A DNA stretch of 64,000 nucleotides from Naegleria gruberi (taxonomy: Eukaryota), in the NCBI GenBank assembly GCA_000004985.1, contig GG738884.1; one strand, given 5' to 3'. This document shows, one piece after another, positions 55,488 through 64,000 of the stretch; position 1 is the first letter of the stretch; each line of letters opens with the position of its first letter. Below the pieces are notes generated by a model. It made no database searches, was not told the DNA's origin, and was given only the letters and a program-made list of their open reading frames with translations. The position numbers and the translations under genes were made by a program.

Positions 55488-55641
55488 GCTCAAGTTATGA
55501 TACCTTTTTTTGAGCTCTTTTGTAAATATTCTACTCTAGGTTTTTCTCTTGTAAATATAGGTCAATATGATTACTAGACTAAACATTTTGTAAACTTTTT
55601 TAAATATTATTAAATATTAATTAAATATAAAATTAAAAAAA

Positions 55642-56910
55642 ATGAGCAATATCCTACAAGGTTTCGAACCATGCAAACTCACCACAGCTGGCCGACCTCT
55701 CTATTCAAGTCCCAAAGAGTTGGAACAAATGATCGTGATTGGAATTGCCATCTACGACAACTCTGCAAAGGAATTGAAGGATTTTAATCACGTCTACTTG
55801 ACCACTCACAGAATTTACATCATGTTTCATAGTGACAATACATCATCATCAATACAATCGGATCATGGAATTTCCTGTCCACTCTCATCAATAGAAAAGG
55901 TTGAGAAGGAGAGTGGAGGCTTCTTCCGATCACCGAAAATTAAATTCACCATCAAATCATCAAACTTTTCGATATCATTTAGAAAGGGAAAGAGGGATGA
56001 GTTTTATGATCATCTTCAAGATCAATTAAAGAAGAAAAAGTGGACGGAAGATGTAAATAATGCAATGCAAATATCAACATCAATGGATTCGATATCATCT
56101 CTAACAACAGACTCCAGCAATAATAATAATAAGAATGTAAAGAAGGATTTCACTACAAGTACAGCTGGTGTTGCTGGTATTATGAAGAGAATTGATCAGG
56201 AAAATTTGGAGGAACGAAAGGAAATGGATGATGCCTTCTCGGATTTGAAAAAGTTGATGGAAAAAGCTGAGGATATGGTTAATATGGCAGAAAATTATAA
56301 GAACAAAATTGTACAAAGGATGAAAAACGACACTGAAGCCACATCAGAGGAAACTGAAGAAGAAAAACAAATTTTGGACTTTTTATTGAATTTGGGTTTA
56401 GCTTCTCCTGTTACCAAACAATCTACTGGAGCACTTTATCATCAACAATTAGCCAGGCAACTTATTGACTTTCTAGACAAGATTGTACAGGAAAGATATG
56501 GTGGTGTTATTACATTGAGTGATGCATATTGTTTGTATAATAGAGCGAGAGGTACAGATCTGATCTCACCAGAAGATATGGAAAAAGCTTGCTCTCTTTT
56601 TGAAAAATTGAAACTTCCAATGAAACTCAAAGTATTCGATAGTGGCGTAATTGTTATTCAATCCTCCCAATATTCTGATAGAATGATGGCTGAAAAGATT
56701 GCAGAATTCATTAGAGATGGGCATGAGTGTGATGTAATGACATACAAGTTTATTACAGCTGTGCGGTTAGCTCAATTACTGAATGTCAGCATTGTTCTTG
56801 CAAAAGAATTATTACTTACTGCTGAACATAACAGAACACTTTGTAGAGATGAAAATGAGGAAGGTATCAGATTTTATTTAGTATCTGATGTGTTTGACAA
56901 ATTTATTTAA
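55642..56910 (+). CDS. VPS36: ESCRT-II subunit Vps36/EAP45-like, with an N-terminal GLUE/PH-like region and C-terminal winged-helix EAP30-type domains.
   Basis: RPLYSSPKELEQMIVIGIAIYDNSAKELKDFNHVYLTTHRIYIMF (GLUE-like). GGVITLSDAYCLYNRARGTDLISPEDMEKACSLFEKLKLPMKLKVFDSGVIVIQS matches the conserved Vps36 WH motif. Confidence 0.6.
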   Translation: MSNILQGFEPCKLTTAGRPLYSSPKELEQMIVIGIAIYDNSAKELKDFNHVYLTTHRIYIMFHSDNTSSSIQSDHGISCPLSSIEKVEKESGGFFRSPKIKFTIKSSNFSISFRKGKRDEFYDHLQDQLKKKKWTEDVNNAMQISTSMDSISSLTTDSSNNNNKNVKKDFTTSTAGVAGIMKRIDQENLEERKEMDDAFSDLKKLMEKAEDMVNMAENYKNKIVQRMKNDTEATSEETEEEKQILDFLLNLGLASPVTKQSTGALYHQQLARQLIDFLDKIVQERYGGVITLSDAYCLYNRARGTDLISPEDMEKACSLFEKLKLPMKLKVFDSGVIVIQSSQYSDRMMAEKIAEFIRDGHECDVMTYKFITAVRLAQLLNVSIVLAKELLLTAEHNRTLCRDENEEGIRFYLVSDVFDKFI

Positions 56911-56957
56911 TTGTAAAAGTTATTGAAATTTAATCTGATTCTCAAATCATCCACTAT

Positions 56958-59859
56958 TTAATTCAATATTAGAATAATATTAGAATGAAAATATCGAATC
57001 GAAAACTTACAGTGATCGTGAATTCCTCTTGTGGCTAAAATACTATTAATGATTGTTAGGAGCATCTTGAAACTCTTTCTAAATTCAGTTTCCATCTCTT
57101 CAAGCTCTGGGATAAAAATATCTTCTCTTTGAGTTTCTTTAAAATTGGCCAATTTGGTTCTCAAAGTTATACACATTTGCACAACTTTGAAAATGTGATT
57201 CTTTACGAATAGAGCTTTCTTTAACAGGAATCTGTCCTTAATCTTATTGAGATAGTCCAAGTGGAAGCTGCGAAGATCATCCATATTTTTTGCTGATAAA
57301 ATATTTTCACACAATTCATTCCACAGAGTATGTAATATTCTATTCATCATGTAGTACTGTACAGTTCCAATAAAATGTTTCAATTGGTTAAGGAGAGAAT
57401 AAAACTTGAGATAGGCATTACTTTTGTGTGTAAATGCATCAGTCTTGAGACTCATCTTGTCCAATACTAGTGTTTAAAGTTGTATTGTCAATTTAAAATA
57501 TTAAAAACGAACCTTGTTTAGCTTGTTTTAGTTTGAGATTGAAAACTAAAACCTCATTATAGCTCTGTATGTGTTGAGCTGAAATAATCAGATTTAAAGG
57601 CCACTCTAATTCATAATTAAAAGTGACTGCATCAAAAAAGTTATTTTCCTCATGCTTGATACTTCCATCATCAAAGTGAACCGAAATTATTTCATCCAAT
57701 TTCAGAGAAGTGAAAATATCAGTAGTGTAGACAGAGGTTGAGTTTTCGGTAGCAAAAGAATACCTCCTTGGAAATTCCATTCCTAAACGAAGTGCATCTT
57801 TGAGAATAACCTGAAGATCAAATGTTGTAATTCCTCTAAAATCAAATTGGAAAAATCTATCAGATAAATTAAATAATTTGGTGGCAAAATAGTCCATAAT
57901 GTCACCAGCCTCCATCAAGTAGAATGCTCTTATTGCTGTCAGATGGTCCAGTAACTTGCATCTATTGACCAATAAATCACAAAGATAGGGAGATACTCTA
58001 TGATATTGCTCCTCTATGTGGCTTGATAGTCCAACGTTAAATATTATTTCCAATGGTAGAGTTTGTAATTTTTGACTATTCTCTGATGAAAATTCAAGTA
58101 CATCCATGAGACTCTTCTTCTTGAAAATTGAGGTTAGCTTGTCTTGATTTGTTATTTTGTGCTCCTTAGAAAAGTCAAAGAACAAGAGTTCTTGTTGATT
58201 GGTGCTATTGTCAGCTGGAAGTGCATTACTGTACAAGTCTTCCTTTTCTAAAAGTGATATCATTCGTTTTTTCTTTGGTGGTGATCTCAGAGAGTGTAAA
58301 GATCCAATGGGAGCAAGTGTGGTTTGTCTGATGTTGTTTGAAGAAGAGCCTGCAGATTGATTTTCTCTCTTCTTTGAGGATGATGGCGAGGACCTAAAGG
58401 AATTGAGAGGTTTCAGTGGAGAAATGATTATTGACTCGTCATCATCAAAGGGTGAGTGATGTTCATCATTCTCTAAACCCATCGAAGAAGAAAGTAGATT
58501 AAAGAGTGAGGGTTTCTCCTTTTCTAGTAGATAATCACCAATAGAACTGTTATTGGCAGCAATTTCATACTTTTGCTCAATATCCCGCACAATAATGATG
58601 GATTTACCTGTTGCACTAATCTTGTCCTTAATTTTTGAGAGCAGGGAACAGACCTTAGATTCAGTAAATCCCTCACTCCAGAAGAGAGGTGTTCCAATAT
58701 CCACCAACTCATTCCTCTTGAGAAGAAATTCATTGTGTTGGTCCTGCAAGGTCCCTTCGAATATCCAGCTGTCTGTAATGGAAAGGTATGGCTTTAGAAT
58801 AGCCATCAATATTTGCAATGAATAATCATACTCATCATTGTTGCTCTCCATGGAAATATATTGTCTCGTGAGAACTTTTTCATAAAAGTGAGAAATTAAA
58901 TCTGACATTAAATTACTCTGTGAATCCTCTCTATCTAAGATTTCCTCAATTTCTTCATCCAGTTTTCTGAGTGTATGAATTTTTTGTTCAAAAACAAAAA
59001 GATTTGTCCTAAGGGAGAGGAGAGAAAGATTGTGTGTATCTCCAAATCTCTTTCCCATTTGATTACTCTTCTCCATTTCCGATAAATCGTCTCTGATTTT
59101 CTCTATTATTTGTAATATTGATGAGTAGCAAGATTGAATAATTGTGCTTTTTACAAGGCGTATCGATCTTGTTGCAGTCGAATGCATTTTCCTCAGCTTG
59201 TTACCTATCTTAATAAAATAATTTAAGGAATTATGTAGAGCTGTCCTAGAGAGGAAAGAAACAGAAAGCTCCCTATCAGAAAGCTCAAAATTATCATTCA
59301 CAATTTTAAATATAGTTCCCTGAAATCCTCTCAACATGTTGAATATTTCGCGTATCAGATCATTTTGTCTAATAACTTTTGTACAAGGTGTAATTACCCT
59401 AATATTTCCAATAGGAGGAGTTTGTGTAATTTTAAAGAGAGTATAATGCTCAAATAAATGTCCATGAGGAAAGTGAGTAAATGGTAAATGGCAAGTGATG
59501 AGTTTGTTTGGATCAAAATTGATAGTATAGAATAAATCTTCCGATTTTTCATTGGTTGTATTGAAATCATCATTCATAAAATCATCGTCGTCATCAAACA
59601 TTCCATGATCATCATTGTGTAATATTTGATGACGATCTTCCATTCTATTATTACTACTAAAGATATCTGTAATATTACACATCGTATCCATATGAAACAC
59701 TACATTATCATCAAGAATATCATTATTATTGGTGGTTTTGGTTTTTCTTGCTTGTTTCGAATCCAATTCCTCATCATCGGACCAATCACTTAAATCATCA
59801 TCATCCGAGCCATACTCTGCAAAATTTCGTTTATATTCCTCCAAATCTAATAAATTCAT
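56958..59859 (-). CDS. Gamma-tubulin complex component (GCP/Spc97-Spc98 family). Two exons: 57513..59859 and 56958..57466.
   Basis: LLDHLTAIRAFYLMEAGDIMDYFATKLFN and the C-terminal FHLDYLNKIKDRFLLKKALFVKNHIFKVVQMCITLRTKL fit GCP grip motifs. ORFs 57493..59916 and 56958..57464 are joined by a 46-nt GTTCGT...CACTAG intron. The real ATG is at 59859. Confidence 0.5.
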
Positions 59860-60227
59860 ATGAATTACTGCTTCCGATTCCAAGTAGAGTGCACACCCAA
59901 CAGTTACGTTGTTCAATTATTTTTTTTGTTGAATTATTTAATAATTTTGGCGGGAAGAGAAAGTAATCTTTTATACACAATATATTACCAATCATTACAA
60001 ACTGCAAGTATTAATTATTAAGCATACACCATTTGAATTGATTTAACAACTTCGTATGACACTTCCTTATATAGTAACCCATAAAAACTAATTAGCTCGT
60101 ACGCACAAATTGACCGCAGGATATCCAAAACAACTCATATACCTCCTGTATAAAAACCACACAACTATCCCCAATTCAAGAGTTCAATAACAAAAAAACA
60201 ATTCAATCTTCAAACTAAATCATAAAC

Positions 60228-60965
60228 ATGATCAAGACAGTTCTTATTACTGGTGCTACTACTGGAATTGGTAAGGCAACTGCTGTTGCATTTGCAAAGA
60301 AGGGGTTCAATCTGGTTGTAACTGGAAGAAAGATTGAAAAGGAGCAAGAATTGGTTGAGCAAGTTAAGAAAGCAGGTGCTAATGATGTTTCTTTCTTTCA
60401 ACTCGATGTCGCTCAAGAAACTGCTTTCGAACAAGTTGTTAAGAAAGTTGTGGAAAAGTATGGAAAGTTGGACGTGCTTGTTAATAATGCAGGCATCTCC
60501 ATTAGCATTGATTTGTTGGCCGACTCCAAAACTGAAGATTTCAAGCAAATGATTGATACAAATGTTTTGGGAGTTTACTATGGAATGAAATATGCCATTC
60601 AAGCCATGTTGCAAACTGAAACCAAAGGAGCAATAGTCAATCTTGCCTCCATTGCAGGACACAATGGTTTGCTCTATACTTCACAATACTGTGCCACTAA
60701 ACATGCAGTGGTTGGATTGACAAAGGGAGCTGCAACTGATTATGCCACTAAGGGAATTGCACCAGGAGCAATTAAGACTGAAATTTTACAAAATGCAATT
60801 GATTGTGGTGCCTATTCTGAGGAGGGCATTGCTGCCATGCATCCAATGAATAGAATGGGAACAGTTGAGGATATTGCTAATGGAATTGTCTTTTTGGCAA
60901 GTGATGACTGTTTGTTCATGACTGGAACTACCTTATTCGTTGATGGAGGATACAATTGCAAATAA
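60228..60965 (+). CDS. Short-chain dehydrogenase/reductase (classical SDR, FabG-like), intronless.
   Basis: TGATTGIGKATAVAFAKKGFNLVVTGR (TGxxxGxG), NNAG, S...YCATKHAV (YxxxK), and C-terminal FMTGTTLFVDGGY. Confidence 0.75.
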   Translation: MIKTVLITGATTGIGKATAVAFAKKGFNLVVTGRKIEKEQELVEQVKKAGANDVSFFQLDVAQETAFEQVVKKVVEKYGKLDVLVNNAGISISIDLLADSKTEDFKQMIDTNVLGVYYGMKYAIQAMLQTETKGAIVNLASIAGHNGLLYTSQYCATKHAVVGLTKGAATDYATKGIAPGAIKTEILQNAIDCGAYSEEGIAAMHPMNRMGTVEDIANGIVFLASDDCLFMTGTTLFVDGGYNCK

Positions 60966-61118
60966 TACTTGTTTGATTAATGAGATTTCAATAAACAATG
61001 TTTTTAAGTTGCGAAATCATGGAAAGGTTCTTTCATTAATACCATTTGAACAAACTTTTAACACAAGTTTACAATCATAATAGTTTAAGCAAGCCACAGG
61101 TTGCATTGAAATAGTAGT

Positions 61119-61754
61119 TTACTTTTTACAAATGAAATATTCGAAATTTGTTCCCTTCACTTTTCCTCTTTCAGTAATTTGAAATTTTGATTTTCCAATT
61201 TCCTTATCAGTTTCTCTAACCATCGATGCACCAACCAATGGATAAGTAATCAATGTGACCATTGACAGGAAAACATCAGTCCAGAAATTATAAGTCTTGA
61301 AATGTTCCACAAAGAAAGCAGTTCCACCAGTTTTCAATACTCTATATGCCTCATCAAAGGTCTTTTTCTGATCATCCACACTACACAACACATCAATACT
61401 CAATACAGTGTCAAAAGTCTCATTCTGAAATGGCAAACTCTCACAAGGTGCTTCCATCAATTCAAATTTACTCAAATTATCTTTCATTTCTGTTCTGACC
61501 TTTTCTCTTGCCTTATTGAGCATTCCACTCGATAAATCAATCATGGTAATACTCTCAATCCTATCCATCGGATAGTATTCAATATTGGGACCAGTGCCAA
61601 CGGCAAGGTCCAATACCTTACCCTCAACCATCGGGACAAATCTTGTTCTGCATTTTGAGAGTGTGTTCTTTTCAAGGTACTGCATGATCCAATCATAGAT
61701 CGGAGCAAGAAGATCAAATTTTTGAATGCCAAACCATCCGAGTGGTGAAATCAT
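61119..61754 (-). CDS. Class I SAM-dependent methyltransferase (Methyltransf_11/UbiE-like), intronless.
   Basis: Motif I VLDLAVGTGPN, motif post-I ITMIDLSSGML, motif II FDTVLSIDVLCSV. The preferred ATG is at 61754 (MISPLGW; A-rich context). The track ORF extends to 61844. Confidence 0.6.
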   Translation of the reverse strand: MISPLGWFGIQKFDLLAPIYDWIMQYLEKNTLSKCRTRFVPMVEGKVLDLAVGTGPNIEYYPMDRIESITMIDLSSGMLNKAREKVRTEMKDNLSKFELMEAPCESLPFQNETFDTVLSIDVLCSVDDQKKTFDEAYRVLKTGGTAFFVEHFKTYNFWTDVFLSMVTLITYPLVGASMVRETDKEIGKSKFQITERGKVKGTNFEYFICKK

Positions 61755-61928
61755 TTTTTTTAATGTTGTTTTTCTGGTGTGATTCTTTTTTGGACAAATT
61801 TGGAAGATTGACATAAAGAGGCGAATTGCCACTCTGTCAACCATGTTTTACCCACTATATTTATTTTAATAGTATTTGTGTAAATTGATTATTGAACTGG
61901 TACAGGCAAAGGATGATTTTAAAAGTTA

Positions 61929-64000
61929 TTATTCAGAAACGTTTATTACAAAAGTGTCACTAATGTCTGCTTCTTCGACATACTTGCTGTCAAGATATTC
62001 ACCATTGGCGTACAATGTACCCATATTGTCGTAATTCTTAGCAAAGATATTACCATCATTGCCAGTTGGAAGAATGAGTTTGTCTCTGTGGAGAGCATTG
62101 TTGAAAGTGAGAATTTGGCGATAGACTGGTCCTTCGTTGGTTTGATAATTTTCGTCCACATTATTCAAAAGAACTGTTTCAGTACCTCCCTCAGTTTTGA
62201 GAATAATTTCTGAAAGACAGCCAATAATTGGCGTATCCTTGCCTGCAATGTGATAGATTGGAGTTGCATGAATAGTTCCCCATGTTGGGATTTCACCATA
62301 TTGATTATAGAAAGTATCGACCATCAAGACAAACTTGGCAATGGCATAATCAGTACAGGTGGAATATCCTTGATTGATACATGCCTGATCATTGTTTCTC
62401 AGCATGGCATCCTTGTAATAGTACCATAAGGCAAGTCTATAGTTAGCAGCTTCGGCTCCTTCCATTTCCTTAGAAGCAAGTGTACCGAAATATCTCAAAA
62501 ATCCTTCAAATAAAGAAGCTTCCTTTGAAGTCTTCTTCATATAACCATCCCAATTAATCAAACTGGTCAACAAGTCAGAGTATTTAGAACCCTTCTTGGC
62601 CATTCCACTTGTCATGTTAACAAACATGAATTTGTAATCTCTATAAACCACGCTGAAAGTATCCAATTGAATATTAATCATATCTTGCATGGTCAATTTA
62701 CTTCCAGTCTCTGCATTTTGCTTCATTAATACTGCAAAAAGTTCTTGAATTCTTTGCTGTCTGTAATCGAAAAAGTAATCAGCACTGACTGTGTATGGAT
62801 ATCCTGGAGGAACAACACGATTATTAGCAGATGAAACATATCCTCTCTTTGGATTGTAAACTTCTGGTGCCTTGTCCACAGGTACATATCCATCATAATC
62901 CCATGTCATTGTATCTCCTCTAACAGCATATCGTCCAGTATGGCCCTCCCTACGCATTGGAATTCTTCCAGAAAGCTTGTAACCAATATTACCATTTACA
63001 TCCATGAAGGCATAGTTGAATACAATAGACTTAATTCCATTCACATAGGTACGGAACTCATTCCAATTCTTACTCAAAATCAATGCGTAGTAATTATTTA
63101 CGCTAGTGTCATTTTCAACTTGAGCAATCCATCTGAGAGCTGGAAGTTCTGTCTTGCTCTCGGATAACACTGGACCAAAGATTGACTCTCTGACCTTGAT
63201 GGTGACTGGATCAGCTCCAGAAATTTTGATTGTTTCACTATAAATAGTGAATGGTTTGGAGACTCCATCGACGAGATAATTATTCTCATTTGATGGATCT
63301 GGTGTCAAAATGTAGAGATCCTGAACATCAGTATATCCCAATGTTACACCCCAACCAATATATTCATTTCTTCCAATACCAATACCAGGAACTCCACTAA
63401 AAGCAGCTCCAGAGAAATTCCTAGGAGCTGAAGAGTCACTAGAAGTTCTATAATTCATTTGAACAAGATAAAATTGATCAGGAGCTTGGAATTCCAAGTG
63501 AGGATCATTGGCCAAATATCCTGTAGGACTATCAGTGAATGCCTTATTGACAGCCCAATTATTAGAGCCAATGGCCTTCTTGGTATTTCTTACCATTTCC
63601 TTGACAGTTTTAGAAATGAAGGAATATCTTCCACTGGAACTTTTACCCAATTTTCTACTTCCAGATTTTGGAATATAGGCACCTGTATTATTTCTGTTTT
63701 GCTTCCACTCCATAGCGAGTTCTTCTTGATGGGTCAAGTTGAGTCCTAAATCCTCACGAGTCACAATGGTGGCTGCATCAAACGGAACTGGTGGATCAAG
63801 GACCTCCATTCTGCTCAATGTAACTCCATACTTTGTCATTGCATTGTATCTTCTTTCTTCATCCAAATAATTCACAGACATGATAAACTCGATATACTTT
63901 ACAACACAGAGAGAATCAAAAATGGACCAAGGTTCAATATCATATCCCAATAGAATGGCTTCTGCAGGAGCTGCATTTCCACTTTGTAAATAAGCATTAA
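61929..64000 (-). CDS. Penicillin amidase / acyl-homoserine-lactone acylase family Ntn-hydrolase, partial. The 5' end lies beyond the window edge. No introns are seen in 2 kb.
   Basis: The frame is open to position 64000, and the track start MGYD is a TTG artefact. The beta-subunit N-terminal nucleophile region is GSNNWAVNKAFTDSPTGYLANDPHLEFQAPDQFYLVQMNY (SNxWA...ANDPHL). The length and the LDTFSVVYRDY region fit PF01804. Confidence 0.65.
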   Translation of the reverse strand, partial: NAYLQSGNAAPAEAILLGYDIEPWSIFDSLCVVKYIEFIMSVNYLDEERRYNAMTKYGVTLSRMEVLDPPVPFDAATIVTREDLGLNLTHQEELAMEWKQNRNNTGAYIPKSGSRKLGKSSSGRYSFISKTVKEMVRNTKKAIGSNNWAVNKAFTDSPTGYLANDPHLEFQAPDQFYLVQMNYRTSSDSSAPRNFSGAAFSGVPGIGIGRNEYIGWGVTLGYTDVQDLYILTPDPSNENNYLVDGVSKPFTIYSETIKISGADPVTIKVRESIFGPVLSESKTELPALRWIAQVENDTSVNNYYALILSKNWNEFRTYVNGIKSIVFNYAFMDVNGNIGYKLSGRIPMRREGHTGRYAVRGDTMTWDYDGYVPVDKAPEVYNPKRGYVSSANNRVVPPGYPYTVSADYFFDYRQQRIQELFAVLMKQNAETGSKLTMQDMINIQLDTFSVVYRDYKFMFVNMTSGMAKKGSKYSDLLTSLINWDGYMKKTSKEASLFEGFLRYFGTLASKEMEGAEAANYRLALWYYYKDAMLRNNDQACINQGYSTCTDYAIAKFVLMVDTFYNQYGEIPTWGTIHATPIYHIAGKDTPIIGCLSEIILKTEGGTETVLLNNVDENYQTNEGPVYRQILTFNNALHRDKLILPTGNDGNIFAKNYDNMGTLYANGEYLDSKYVEEADISDTFVINVSE

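Noticed and set aside
530-63950. Start codons as given by the ORF track (for example 530, 6939, 8320, 20059, 22057, 34340, 36472, 63950)
   Set aside because: In many ORFs the first M is a TTG, GTG or CTG, so the track uses an alternative-start table. Real ATGs were re-derived; for example 554, 8347, 20074, 34310, 36481, and the acylase runs off the window.
1-64000. Possibility that the window is prokaryotic, phage or an operon-based system, or contains CRISPR arrays
   Set aside because: Genes have GT-AG micro-introns, A-rich ATG contexts, divergent promoters, a eukaryotic-type tRNA with a Pol III T-run, and eukaryote-specific families (Atg3, Vps36, DCN1, PBZ, F-box). No direct-repeat or spacer arrays are present.

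Overview
This is a compact, AT-rich (about 65% AT) eukaryotic nuclear segment, not prokaryotic. It carries roughly 44 protein-coding genes on both strands and one tRNA-Ala(AGC) in 64 kb. Genes contain very short spliceosomal introns of 34-103 nt with GTAAGT, GTATGT or GTAGGT donors and AG acceptors. Intergenic spacers are 50-700 bp and several gene pairs share divergent promoters. Many proteins have Q/N/S-rich low-complexity regions. Gene content includes F-box proteins, a TKL receptor kinase, PBZ fingers and NYN-LOTUS; this is most consistent with an amoebozoan or dictyostelid-like protist, but that is inference only.

The supplied ORF track begins many ORFs at TTG, GTG or CTG. I re-derived real ATG starts and splice junctions by hand; junction coordinates are approximate (about +/-2 nt).

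The most notable content, in order of interest:
- A 7 kb ADP-ribosylation writer/eraser/reader cluster at 29.4-36.4 kb. It holds a CCCH-finger PARP with an intact H-Y-E catalytic triad, an ARH-family ADP-ribosyl-glycohydrolase, a divergently transcribed second CCCH-PARP of mono-ART (H-Y-T) type, and a protein with 3-5 PBZ PAR-binding zinc fingers. Uncharacterised genes are interleaved.
- Two paralogous genes (1.6-3.7 kb on the minus strand, 40.6-42.6 kb on the plus strand) fuse an N-terminal BTB-BACK module to an ALK/LTK-type glycine-rich domain. They share phase-1 introns inside Gly codons.
- Two tandem small proteins at 18.6-19.6 kb resemble the dynein heavy-chain microtubule-binding domain.
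- An intronless bacterial-like trio ends the window: an SDR oxidoreductase, a SAM methyltransferase and a penicillin-amidase-family Ntn hydrolase that runs off the window edge.
- A 1.8k-aa EGF plus GCC2/GCC3 cysteine-repeat TKL receptor kinase.
- GC-rich E2F-like (TTTSGCGC) motifs in divergent promoters.
- A MOZART1 gene missed by the ORF track.
- An in-frame 45-nt intron hidden inside the long ARH ORF.

No CRISPR arrays, rRNA genes or recognisable transposons were seen.
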